Source of the DNA: Candidatus Sumerlaeia bacterium
Lineage (GTDB): Bacteria > Sumerlaeota > Sumerlaeia > SLMS01 > JANRJK01
NCBI GenBank assembly: GCA_033764015.1
Contig: JANRJK010000002.1
Location: 128,001-192,000, forward strand
Length of the DNA stretch: 64,000 bases
Reading direction: 5' to 3'
The notes beneath the pieces are model-generated. The model worked only from the letters and a program-made list of their open reading frames with translations, ran no database searches and was not told where the DNA came from. Below, piece after piece: positions 39,322 to 48,675 of this stretch (position 1 is its first letter; every line of letters starts with the position of its first letter). A program made the translations under genes and the position numbers.

Positions 39322-39738
39322 ATGCTGGTGGAAATGGAAGTCCGCGAACTGCAGCTCAGCGACTTGATGCCGACGCAAATCGTCATCCTCGAGGAGAAGC
39401 ACGGAAAGCGGCGCTTCCCGATCTTCATCGGCCCGCACGAGGCGGCGGCTCTCGACCAGGCGGTGCACGGGCGCCGCAACCCGCGGCCGCTCACGCACGA
39501 CTTGATCCTCAACGTGCTCGACGGCTTGAACGCGGACCTCGAGGCGGTGTGCGTGAGCCAGCTCCGCGACGAGGTTTTCTACGGCCAGCTCCATCTCCGC
39601 CTCCCGGACCAGCACCAGATCCAAGTCGATACGCGCCCGAGCGACGCCATGGTCCTGGCGGTGAAGCGCGGCGCGCCGATCTTCGTGGCCGAGGAAGTCT
39701 TCGAGGCGATGACAGAACGCGATGACGGCGGCCTCTGA
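39322..39738 (+). CDS. Bifunctional nuclease family protein (DUF151)
   Basis: PIFIGPHEA, RPLTHDL, DTRPSDA. Confidence 0.9.
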   Translation: MLVEMEVRELQLSDLMPTQIVILEEKHGKRRFPIFIGPHEAAALDQAVHGRRNPRPLTHDLILNVLDGLNADLEAVCVSQLRDEVFYGQLHLRLPDQHQIQVDTRPSDAMVLAVKRGAPIFVAEEVFEAMTERDDGGL

Positions 39739-41461
39739 CCCGTCCGGCGCGGCGAAGACGTCCCGCGCCCACGCACTCATCGCTTGGATACTCTTCACCG
39801 CCGCGATTCTATCCGTCGCGCTGGTCCCGATCCGCGCGGACAACGACTGCTGGTGGCATGTCAAGACGGGCCAGTTCCTCTGGCAGGCGGGCGAACTGCC
39901 GAAGCACGACGTCTTCAACTACCTCGCCGAAGGCTACGAGTGGCACAACCACGAGTGGCTCGCGCAGCTTTGGTTCCACGCCATGTTCGCCGCCGGTGAC
40001 GACGGCTTCCAAGGTGGCTGGCGCTCCCTGGTGTTCGGGATAGGGCTCCATTTGTGGGCTGCCTACGCGATCCTGCTTTTGCTAGCCAAACGGATCACTG
40101 GAAACTGGTGGTTGGCGCTGCTGATCACGCTGCTTGCGATCGGCGTGGGCCGGCGCACGTTCTACCCGCGTCCCCCCGTCATCTCGTACGTGATCCTCGC
40201 CGGGCTGGTCGCCTTGTTCACCGCCTACTCGGAGGGATGGATCACCCGGCGGCGATGGCTGCTCGCGCTGCTGCCGCTCACCTCGCTCTGGACGAACCTC
40301 CACGGTGCATGGTTCGCGGGGCTCATCGTGATGGGGGCCTACGGGCTGCAAGGCTTCTTCGCGCACTTCCAGGAGCGCGCGCCGAATCCGTTCGAGCGCA
40401 GCCCCGCAATCCTGCCCCCCGCGCAGTGGATCGCGCTCGGCGCCGCGATCGCCCTCTCCACCTTCGCCAACCCCTACGGACGGCGCTTGTGGGAGCTTCC
40501 CGTCCGCGTGCTCAGCGACCAGGCGCTGGTGCGCTCCATCGGCGAACTCCAGTCGCCGGATTTCTTCTTCGTGAAGCACTTCGAAGCGGCGTTCCTCGCG
40601 ACGCTGCTGCTGGCGCTCTTCGTCCCGCGCTTCCGCCCGCGCATCGGCGAGCTGGCGGTCTACCTCTTCTTCTTCCACCAGGCGATCCAGCACGTCCGCC
40701 ACCTGACGCTGTTCGGCATCGTCATGGTGCCGCTGGTGGCGCGGCTCTCGGCGCACGCGCTCGAGGTGTCGCGCGCGGCGCTGGCGGATCGCTTCGGCGC
40801 GGCGGGTCCGCGGGCGCTCGCGCTCGCGCTCCCGGCGGTGGCGATCGCCACCATGGCGGTGCTGCTGAAGAACCCCGTGGAGGGCCAGAGCTACCCGGAG
40901 CGCAACGCGCAGTTCCTCTTCGGCCCCGACCCCGCTTCGCGCGACCTCTCGAAGGGTATCGGCTACGTCCGCGAGGCGTTCCCCGCCGCCGCGTGCGACT
41001 TCATCGAACTCGCCCGTCTCGAAGGGAACATGTTCAACCGCAACCACTACGCCGGGTACCTCATCTGGCGATTCTCGCCGGAGACGCACCGTGTGTTCGC
41101 CGACTCCCGGTTCGACATCTTCGGCGGGGACTTCCTCTCGACGGAGATCGCCATCGAGGGGGCGCAGGAGTTCGACCCCACGGAAGTGCGCGAGTCGGGT
41201 CGGCTTCCCGATACGCCGCTCTGGCAGCGGCTCCTCGACCAGTACGACGTGCAGTGGATGCTGATCCGCGGGGAGATGCCGCTGGCCTCCGCGATGGGCG
41301 CGGATCCCGACCGGACGTGGACGCGGGTCGCCCACTGGCCCGAGCCGGGCCGCGGACACCTTCGCTCCGGCTGGCAAGTGTGGATCCGCGACACCGCCCC
41401 GAACGCCGGGCAGATCGCCCGGGCGCGGAGCACCGCGGCGGGCCTCGGCGTCGCGCCTTGA
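39722..41461 (+). CDS. Polytopic membrane protein, putative GT-C glycosyltransferase
   Basis: DNDCWWHVKTG, HEWLAQ, RP, LWTNLHG, NPYG, FADSR; about 11 TM segments. Confidence 0.7.
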   Translation: MTAASDPSGAAKTSRAHALIAWILFTAAILSVALVPIRADNDCWWHVKTGQFLWQAGELPKHDVFNYLAEGYEWHNHEWLAQLWFHAMFAAGDDGFQGGWRSLVFGIGLHLWAAYAILLLLAKRITGNWWLALLITLLAIGVGRRTFYPRPPVISYVILAGLVALFTAYSEGWITRRRWLLALLPLTSLWTNLHGAWFAGLIVMGAYGLQGFFAHFQERAPNPFERSPAILPPAQWIALGAAIALSTFANPYGRRLWELPVRVLSDQALVRSIGELQSPDFFFVKHFEAAFLATLLLALFVPRFRPRIGELAVYLFFFHQAIQHVRHLTLFGIVMVPLVARLSAHALEVSRAALADRFGAAGPRALALALPAVAIATMAVLLKNPVEGQSYPERNAQFLFGPDPASRDLSKGIGYVREAFPAAACDFIELARLEGNMFNRNHYAGYLIWRFSPETHRVFADSRFDIFGGDFLSTEIAIEGAQEFDPTEVRESGRLPDTPLWQRLLDQYDVQWMLIRGEMPLASAMGADPDRTWTRVAHWPEPGRGHLRSGWQVWIRDTAPNAGQIARARSTAAGLGVAP

Positions 41462-42789
41462 CACTCCCGCGGAAGGTCCGGGCGGCGTTGCCGGCACTCC
41501 TGCTGGCGGTGGCCGCGCTGCTCTACCTCCAGCGGCAAGTCCTCCCGCTCCTGGGCGACCGCGGCACCGGCGTTGCCGGCCTCGCGTCGCACGCGAACGA
41601 TTTCAAGCACCTCTACCTCGGTGCGTTCCTCCTCCGGAACGATGTTTCGCCGTTCGACGAGGTGGCGATCCGTTCGCAGGCGGCGGAGCGCTCCCTAGCC
41701 GAAGACCCCCGGTTCCGCACGATCCTTCCCTACGTGTACCTCCCGTTCACCGGGGTCGTGCTGTCGCCGCTCACCCGGCTGGGCTTCGCGGACGCGGTCG
41801 TGGCGTGGCAGCTCGCGAACCACCTGATGCTGCTGGGGGCCCTCGCGCTCTTGGCGGCGGGAGCGCTGCCGGGGGACCGGCTTCCCTTGTTCGGCGTGCT
41901 GCTCTTGATGGCGTCGCTCGACGGAGCGCTCTTCCGGCAGAACAACGCGGGGCAGCTAAACGTCGTGCTGCTCTTCGGCTATGCGCTGGTGTGGCGGCTG
42001 CTTTCCGCAGGCGCGCCCGCGTGGGCGCTCGGGACCGCGGCGGCGTTCTTCGCTCTGTTCAAGCTCTCGCCGGGAATCCTGTTCGCCTGGCTGCTGCTGC
42101 GAGGGAAGAGTCTCGCGGCGGTGTGGATGGCGGGCGCAGGCGCGGCCTTGCTGCTGCTGAGCCTGCTCTTCGCGCGCGCAGGCTTCTACCTTGAGTTCCT
42201 CCCGCAACTGGAAGCGATGCGCTACGGGCGCTCCACCTGGGAGCACCTCGGCATGACCTTCTGGCGCGACCCCTACAACCAGTCGATCAACGCGCTGCTG
42301 CACCGGACGCTGGTGCCGTTCGAGGGCAGCGGCATCACCCCGTGGGCCGCGCTGCCGCCGGGCGCGGCGAACGCGCTCACCTGGCTGGCGAGTATCGCGG
42401 TCATCGCCCTGCTGCTGCGCGCCGGAAGGCGAAGCCCCGCGGAGGCGCCACCCTTCGCCGCCGCGGTGGCGGCCAGCCTCCTCCTCCCCAGCCTGATGTG
42501 GGACCACTACCTGGTGCAGCTTTACGCCGCGGGGGCCGTCCTTTGGATCGGCCGGGGGGATTCGGGGAGCCCCCGCTGGCTTCCGTGGACCCTTAGTTTG
42601 GCTTGGGTTGTTTCCGCGGTTCCGGTCGCGCTGGACGCGGAGCCCCTGCGCTCGGGCCCGGGGGTGGCGCTGATGTCGGTCAAGCTGCTCCCTCCGGTTG
42701 CCATCTTCGGCGCCGCCGTGTTGCTTTCGCGGCGCGGGCAGGCTGATTCCTTGACGCCTGCCAACCCTGCGGCACACTCGGCCCCGTGA
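41458..42789 (+). CDS. GT87/DUF2029-family membrane glycosyltransferase
   Basis: NDF..Y, PYVYLP, GQLN, FKLSP, NQS, WDHY; TTG start overlaps the upstream stop. Confidence 0.8.
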   Translation: MTLPRKVRAALPALLLAVAALLYLQRQVLPLLGDRGTGVAGLASHANDFKHLYLGAFLLRNDVSPFDEVAIRSQAAERSLAEDPRFRTILPYVYLPFTGVVLSPLTRLGFADAVVAWQLANHLMLLGALALLAAGALPGDRLPLFGVLLLMASLDGALFRQNNAGQLNVVLLFGYALVWRLLSAGAPAWALGTAAAFFALFKLSPGILFAWLLLRGKSLAAVWMAGAGAALLLLSLLFARAGFYLEFLPQLEAMRYGRSTWEHLGMTFWRDPYNQSINALLHRTLVPFEGSGITPWAALPPGAANALTWLASIAVIALLLRAGRRSPAEAPPFAAAVAASLLLPSLMWDHYLVQLYAAGAVLWIGRGDSGSPRWLPWTLSLAWVVSAVPVALDAEPLRSGPGVALMSVKLLPPVAIFGAAVLLSRRGQADSLTPANPAAHSAP

Positions 42790-43943
42790 AGCACGTCTAC
42801 CTCGACCACAACTCGACGACTCCGCTGCTCCCGGAGGTCCTCGACACGATGATCCCCCTGATGGCGGACACGTGGGGGAACGCGTCCTCGACGCACCGGT
42901 ACGGGATCGAGGCGCGCTACGTGGTCGAGCGGTCGCGGCGCACGATCGAGTCGCTGATCGGCGCGCCGGACGATTCGCTGGTCATCACCAGCGGCGGCAG
43001 CGAGGCGAACAACCTGGCGATCCGAGGGGTGGCGCTCGAAGCGCGCCAGCTCGGCCTCGGGAACCACCTGCTCGTCGGGGCGGCGGAGCACAAGGCCGTG
43101 CTCGACACCGCGATGGACCTGCAGGCGCGGTTCGGCTTCCAGGTCACCTACCTTCGCCCCGACGCCTTCGGGCGGGCGCGGCCCGGCGCGGTGGCCCGGG
43201 CGCTCCGCGGCGACACCGTGCTCGTTGCCCTGATGCTCGCGAACAACGAACTCGGAACCATCAACCAAGTTGCGGACATCGCGCAGCTTGTCCTCGAACG
43301 CGCCCCCACCGCGCGAGTGCATTGCGACGCCGTGCAGGCGGCGGGACGCATCCACGTGGATGTCGGCAGGCTGCGGGTCGATACCCTGGCGCTGTCGGCG
43401 CACAAGATGTACGGCCCGAAAGGAGTCGGCGGGCTCTATATCCGCCCCGGTGTGCAGGTGGCGCGCCAGATCGCCGGCGGCGGGCAGGAGCGCTCCCTCC
43501 GAGCCGGCACGGAAAGTCCGGCGCTCGCCGCCGGTTTCGCGCGCGCCTTTGAACTGGCCGAGGACCTCCGCGACGGCGAGGCCGAGCGCCTCTCCCGCCT
43601 GCGCGAGGAGCTTTGGAAGATGCTATCGCAGCTCGGCCCGCAGATCGTGCGCAACTCCCCCGCGGAGGGCTGCCTTCCGGGCACGCTCAACGTCTCGCTG
43701 CTGGGCCTGGACGGACGTTCCGTCGCACGCGAGTTGGACGCGGAGGGCTTCGCCATCTCTGCCGGCAGCGCCTGCACCAGCGAAGGCGAGGAGGTGTCGC
43801 ACGTGATGGAGGCAATCGGCGCGGACCCGGAGCGCGCCCGCGGCGCGGTGCGCGTCAGCCTCGGACGCCAGACCACGCGCGAGGAGATCGAGGCGTTCGC
43901 CCGGGCCTTCCGCGCCCGCGTCCGGATGCTCGCCTCCGCCTGA
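42786..43943 (+). CDS. iscS: Cysteine desulfurase, IscS/NifS group I
   Basis: YLDHNSTTP, HCDAVQ, SAHKMYGPKG, RAGTE, AGSACTS. Confidence 0.92.
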   Translation: MKHVYLDHNSTTPLLPEVLDTMIPLMADTWGNASSTHRYGIEARYVVERSRRTIESLIGAPDDSLVITSGGSEANNLAIRGVALEARQLGLGNHLLVGAAEHKAVLDTAMDLQARFGFQVTYLRPDAFGRARPGAVARALRGDTVLVALMLANNELGTINQVADIAQLVLERAPTARVHCDAVQAAGRIHVDVGRLRVDTLALSAHKMYGPKGVGGLYIRPGVQVARQIAGGGQERSLRAGTESPALAAGFARAFELAEDLRDGEAERLSRLREELWKMLSQLGPQIVRNSPAEGCLPGTLNVSLLGLDGRSVARELDAEGFAISAGSACTSEGEEVSHVMEAIGADPERARGAVRVSLGRQTTREEIEAFARAFRARVRMLASA

Positions 43944-44030
43944 GCGGCGCCGCGACCGCTCGGCATCTTCCAGCGACCGCTCGCCCCCTCCCTGCTCGAC
44001 ATCGCGATCCGGGCGGGCGACGATCCCGGA

Positions 44031-44921
44031 ATGATCAACGTCAACGAACTCCGCATCCAGTACGGCGAATTCACCGCCGTCGACGGCGTCACCTTCGAGG
44101 TGCGCCGCAACGAGTGCTTCGGCCTGCTCGGGCCGAACGGCGCCGGCAAGACGACGACCTTCTCCGCGTTGGTCGGCCTGCTCCATCCCACCGGTGGCGC
44201 GGTGCTGCTGGATGGCGCGCACGATCCGCGCGAGGCCGCCGTGCGCCGCCGCGTGGGGATCGCCCCGCAGGCGCTCGCGCTCTACGACGAGCTGACCGCC
44301 CACGAGAACATCGAGTTCTTCGGACGCATGTACGGGCTCCGCGGCGGCGAACTCCGCGAGCGGGTCCGCGCGAGCCTCGAGTTCGTCGGCCTGCAGGACC
44401 GCGCCGGCTCGCCCGCGAAGACCTACTCCGGCGGCATGATGCGCCGACTCAACCTCGCCTGCGGCATCGTCCACGACCCCGAGCTGGTCCTGCTCGACGA
44501 GCCCACCGTCGGCGTCGACCCCCAGTCGCGGAACCAGATCTTCGCCAACATCGAGGAGTTGAAGCGCCGAGGGAAGACCATCGTCTATACGACGCACTAC
44601 ATGGAGGAGGTCGAGCGGCTCTGCGACCGGGTGCTCATCATGGACCGCGGGCGGGTGCTCGACCTCGGCACGGTGCCGGCGCTGATCGCGAGGCACGGCG
44701 GCGGCAGCGCCGTGACCGCCGAGCTCGCCGCGCCGCCCCCGCAGGGCGCCGAGCTGCCGGGCGTGCTTTCGGGCGATACGCTCCGGGTGCCGACCAACGA
44801 CGCGCTCGCCACGATCCGCGACCTCGATACGCGGGGCCTGAAGATCCGCCGCCTCTCCGTCGAGCAGCCCAGCCTCGAGGATGTCTTCCTCAACCTTACC
44901 GGAAGGAGCCTCCGCGACTGA
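44031..44921 (+). CDS. ABC-2 exporter ATP-binding protein
   Basis: GPNGAGKTT, YSGGM, LLDEPTVGVDP, TTHYMEE. Confidence 0.95.
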   Translation: MINVNELRIQYGEFTAVDGVTFEVRRNECFGLLGPNGAGKTTTFSALVGLLHPTGGAVLLDGAHDPREAAVRRRVGIAPQALALYDELTAHENIEFFGRMYGLRGGELRERVRASLEFVGLQDRAGSPAKTYSGGMMRRLNLACGIVHDPELVLLDEPTVGVDPQSRNQIFANIEELKRRGKTIVYTTHYMEEVERLCDRVLIMDRGRVLDLGTVPALIARHGGGSAVTAELAAPPPQGAELPGVLSGDTLRVPTNDALATIRDLDTRGLKIRRLSVEQPSLEDVFLNLTGRSLRD

Positions 44922-46249
44922 TGTACGAGATATCCGCGATCGCACTGAAGGACCTTCGGCTGCTGCTCAGGGATAAGGGCGGCTTGTTCTGGGTGGTGGG
45001 CTGGCCGTTCATCAATGCGATCATCTTCGGATTCCTGTTCAGCGGGGGCGGGGGAGGCTCGCTGGGAGGGCTGTCCCTCGCGGTGGTGGACAACGACCGC
45101 AGCGCGCTTTCCGCCGCCTATGTCGCAGAGCTCCGGAAGAACGACGCGCTCACGGTCGAGGAGCTCCCGCTCGAAGCGGCCAGAAACAAGGTGCGCAAAG
45201 GCCAGGCGGTCGCCGCGCTGTCGATCAACGACGGCTTCGGCGACGGCTTCGGCGGCCTCTTCGCCGACGCCGGCTCCACGCCGACCCTCCAGCTCCTGGT
45301 GGATCCATCGCGGACCGCCGAGCAGGGCTTCCTGCAGGGAATGCTGATCCAGGCGCAGTTCGGCGCCCTTTCCACGCGCTTCCAGGACCGCACCTTCATG
45401 CGCGGGCAGGTGGCGGAAGGGCTCGCCGCCCTCGACGACTACGACCCGGCGACCGCGGGAGCCTTCACGCCCGAGCAGCGCGACCTCGTGAAAGGCATGC
45501 TGCGCAGCGCGGACGACTTCTTCGCAAACGCCGACGACGAGGTGCTCTCGGGCGGACCCTTCGGGGGCGACTCGGGCGGCGGCGCGGGCTTCGACCTCGC
45601 GATCCCCGTGGTCGGGATCGAACGCGAGGCGAACCCGAACAATCCGCCCACGGCGTTCTCGATCACCTTCCCGTCCGGAATGCTTTGGGGCCTGCTGGCC
45701 TGCTGCGCGACGTTCGCCGTGTCGATCGTGCAGGAACGCGAACGCGGCACCCTGCGGCGGCTGCGGATCTCGCCGGTCACGCCCCGGGACATCCTCCTGG
45801 GCAAGGGCCTCGCGTGCTTCGTGGCATGCCTGTTTGTGCTGGCGATGCTGCTCGTGGCCGGAGCGCTCTTCTTCGGGCTCACGGTGCGGTCGTTGCCGTT
45901 CTTCGCGATGAGCGCCGTCTCCGCCGCGTTCGCGTTCGTCGGGATCATGATGCTGCTTTCGACCATGGGACGGACGGAGCGCGCCGTGGGCGGCTCGGCC
46001 TGGGCGGTGCTGCTTGTGGTGGCGCTGCTGGGGGGCGGGATGGTGCCGCTGCTCTTCATGCCCGAGTTCATGCGGAGCCTGTCCAAACTGAGCCCCGGTC
46101 GCTGGGCGGTGTATGCCTTCGAGGGCGCGATCTGGCGCCCGCTGCCGGCGGCGGAAATGCTCCCCGCATGGCTCGTGCTGGTGGGAGTCGGCGCCGTCGG
46201 CTGCGCGCTCGGCGCCTGGCTCCTGCGGCGGAGCGAAGCGGCGGACTGA
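44921..46249 (+). CDS. ABC-2 exporter permease
   Basis: ALKDLRLLLRD, ERERGTLRRL..SP, LGGGMVP; TGATG coupling. Confidence 0.9.
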   Translation: MYEISAIALKDLRLLLRDKGGLFWVVGWPFINAIIFGFLFSGGGGGSLGGLSLAVVDNDRSALSAAYVAELRKNDALTVEELPLEAARNKVRKGQAVAALSINDGFGDGFGGLFADAGSTPTLQLLVDPSRTAEQGFLQGMLIQAQFGALSTRFQDRTFMRGQVAEGLAALDDYDPATAGAFTPEQRDLVKGMLRSADDFFANADDEVLSGGPFGGDSGGGAGFDLAIPVVGIEREANPNNPPTAFSITFPSGMLWGLLACCATFAVSIVQERERGTLRRLRISPVTPRDILLGKGLACFVACLFVLAMLLVAGALFFGLTVRSLPFFAMSAVSAAFAFVGIMMLLSTMGRTERAVGGSAWAVLLVVALLGGGMVPLLFMPEFMRSLSKLSPGRWAVYAFEGAIWRPLPAAEMLPAWLVLVGVGAVGCALGAWLLRRSEAAD

Positions 46250-46371
46250 CCGTCCGGCGCGCGAAAAGGCGTGTTGCCCCGCCCGGCGCAGGGCGGCGCT
46301 CTTTCACAGTGCCCACGTGCACGGGTGCGCGCCGCATCCACGACCTTTCAGAAAGCTCCGCGACCGACAAC

Positions 46372-47124
46372 ATGCTCCAACAGTTCCAGGTTCCCTCGAT
46401 CCTCCTCGGCCTCTTCCTCCGCAAGTTCGAGCCGGGCGACATGAAAAAGCTCTCCGAGACGCTTCCCTGGCGCCTGCCCGAGTTCGACGGCGAAGTCGCC
46501 GTGAACCGCCAACTCCCGCAGAACGCCCCCGCCGACGTCCCGCGCGTCGCCTTCATGAGCAAGGACCGCCGCAAGGTGATCGAGATCGCGCCCGCGAAGC
46601 TCCAGTTCCGCTGCGTGCCCGGCGAGCTGGTCCCCGGCGAGAACAACCAGATGGGCCTCAAGACCGTCCAGTTCGACGCCGCAATGGAGACCTTCGCGCC
46701 GCTCGCGCTCAAGGTGCACTCGGTCTTCAGCGAGCACTACGGCCTGACCGCGAACCGCATCGGCGTGCTGACCGAGTTCCTCGCCGGCACCGGCGGCTCC
46801 GCCAACCAGCGCATGCACCAGCACCTCCTCGCGGGGCGCGACCTGCTCGGCGAGCGCTTCCAGGAGCTGCAGATCAACGCCCTCACCCGCATCACGCTCG
46901 GCAACGGCCGCGGCGCCAACCGCTGGCTCCGCATCGGCACCATCCGGGGCGGCCAGGACGGCCAGTCCGACGTCGCCATGCGCATCGAGGCCGATGTCAA
47001 CACGCTGCAGGAGGACACCTACGACCTCTCCGCGGCGGACATCGAGGGCTTCATCGGCGACGTCCGCACGCACCTGAGCGAAAAGGTGCCGTTCTTCAAC
47101 AACGAGGAACTGTTCAAGAGCTGA
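46372..47124 (+). CDS. Hypothetical soluble protein (possibly TIGR04255-like)
   Basis: Strong GC3 codon bias; ANRIG and IEADVNT motifs; family call tentative. Confidence 0.65.
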   Translation: MLQQFQVPSILLGLFLRKFEPGDMKKLSETLPWRLPEFDGEVAVNRQLPQNAPADVPRVAFMSKDRRKVIEIAPAKLQFRCVPGELVPGENNQMGLKTVQFDAAMETFAPLALKVHSVFSEHYGLTANRIGVLTEFLAGTGGSANQRMHQHLLAGRDLLGERFQELQINALTRITLGNGRGANRWLRIGTIRGGQDGQSDVAMRIEADVNTLQEDTYDLSAADIEGFIGDVRTHLSEKVPFFNNEELFKS

Positions 47125-47132
47125 GGCAACCC

Positions 47133-48659
47133 ATGGCGGCGCTTCACCCCGAGGGCAGGGCCGGCCGCCCGGTGTGGGGATCGCGTCTCGAACGCGGCCC
47201 CCACGCCGGGTCCCTCCGCTATACCTCCGGATGGGATGTGCGGTCGCGCCCCGCGGCCGACCTGCGCCTCGCGGAGCACGACCTCGATACGAACGCCGCG
47301 CACCTCGCGATGCTCGCTTCGACCGGCATCCTCGACCGCGCGGACGCCGGCCGCATCGCCGCCGCCCTCCTCGACCTCCGCGACGCCCCCCCCGAGGCGC
47401 TCCTGCTCGAGGATTGCGAAGACATCCACATGTCCGTCGAGGCGCTGCTCACGCGCTCGGCCGGTCCCGCCGCCGGCGCGATCCACACGGCGCGCTCGCG
47501 CAACGACCAGGTCGCCACGGACATCCGGCTCTGGCTCCGGGGCGAAACAATCGGCTTCGGGCAGGGCGCCGCCCGCCTCGCGCTCGCCATCGCCGCCCAC
47601 GCCCGCGAGAACGCCAACCTCGTCTGCCCGGGCTTCACCCACGCGCAGCCCGCGATGCTCTCCACCTGGGGGCATTGGACCGCTTCCTGGCTCGCACCGG
47701 TCGCCCGCCTGGTGAAGCGCGCCACGGCGCTCCTCGCGGAACTCGACGAGTGCCCGCTCGGCGCCGCCGCGGGCTTCGGCACCTCTTGGCCCATCGACCG
47801 CGCGTTCACCGCGAAGCTCCTCGGCTTCTCGTCGCCGACGCGCCACAGTTTCGAAGGCACCGCGACCCGCGGGGAGCTCGAGGCGCGCTTCGCCATGCTG
47901 GCGGCGGAGCTCCTCGGCCAGCTCTCGCGCACCGCGCAGGACCTCGTTTTCGCCTCATCGCCGCCCCGCGAGTGGGTGCGCCTGCCCGACAGCTTCGTCA
48001 CCGGCAGTTCGATCATGCCGAACAAGCGGAACCCCGACGTCGCCGAGGTGACGCTGGGGCGCACGGCGCTTGCCAGGGGCTACGTCGAGGCGCTGCTGGG
48101 CTCCGTCGGGATGCTGCCCGGCGGCTACAACCGCGGCCTGCAGTGGACCAAGTACGTCCTGTTCGACGCGGCGGACAACTTCGAGGGCGCGGCGGAGGTC
48201 TTCGCGGACCTGCTCATGGAGCTCGAAACGCGTCCGGAGCCGATGCGCGCCGCCTGCTCGGTGGGCTTCCTCGAAGCGGCCGACCTCGCGGACCGGATAA
48301 GCTCCCGCGACCGCCTGCCGTTCCGCACCGTCTACAAGTTCGTGGGCGAGGCGGTCCGCCGCTGCGACCCGGCCGGACGCTTCGACCGCGCGTCGATCGA
48401 CGCGGTGCTCGCGGAAAGCGGCGTGGCGCCGTTGCGCGACGAGGACTGGGCATGGCTCTGCGATCCGGACGCGCTCGTCGCCTCGCGCGACCAGCATGGC
48501 AGCCCGGCGCCGAAGCGCGTGCTCGAATCCGTCGACGCGTTGACGCAGTCGGTGAAGGCCGACGCCGCGCTCCTGCTCCGCGAGCAGGAGCGGATCGCCG
48601 CCGCGCGCGAGTCGCTCTGGGAGCGAATCGCCGCGCTGTCGGCGAATCCGGCCTCCTGA
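47133..48659 (+). CDS. argH: Argininosuccinate lyase
   Basis: EDIHM, HTARSRNDQVATD, PGFTHAQPA, GSSIMPNKRNPD. Confidence 0.93.
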   Translation: MAALHPEGRAGRPVWGSRLERGPHAGSLRYTSGWDVRSRPAADLRLAEHDLDTNAAHLAMLASTGILDRADAGRIAAALLDLRDAPPEALLLEDCEDIHMSVEALLTRSAGPAAGAIHTARSRNDQVATDIRLWLRGETIGFGQGAARLALAIAAHARENANLVCPGFTHAQPAMLSTWGHWTASWLAPVARLVKRATALLAELDECPLGAAAGFGTSWPIDRAFTAKLLGFSSPTRHSFEGTATRGELEARFAMLAAELLGQLSRTAQDLVFASSPPREWVRLPDSFVTGSSIMPNKRNPDVAEVTLGRTALARGYVEALLGSVGMLPGGYNRGLQWTKYVLFDAADNFEGAAEVFADLLMELETRPEPMRAACSVGFLEAADLADRISSRDRLPFRTVYKFVGEAVRRCDPAGRFDRASIDAVLAESGVAPLRDEDWAWLCDPDALVASRDQHGSPAPKRVLESVDALTQSVKADAALLLREQERIAAARESLWERIAALSANPAS

Positions 48660-48675
48660 GCCAGCCGGAGCCCCC

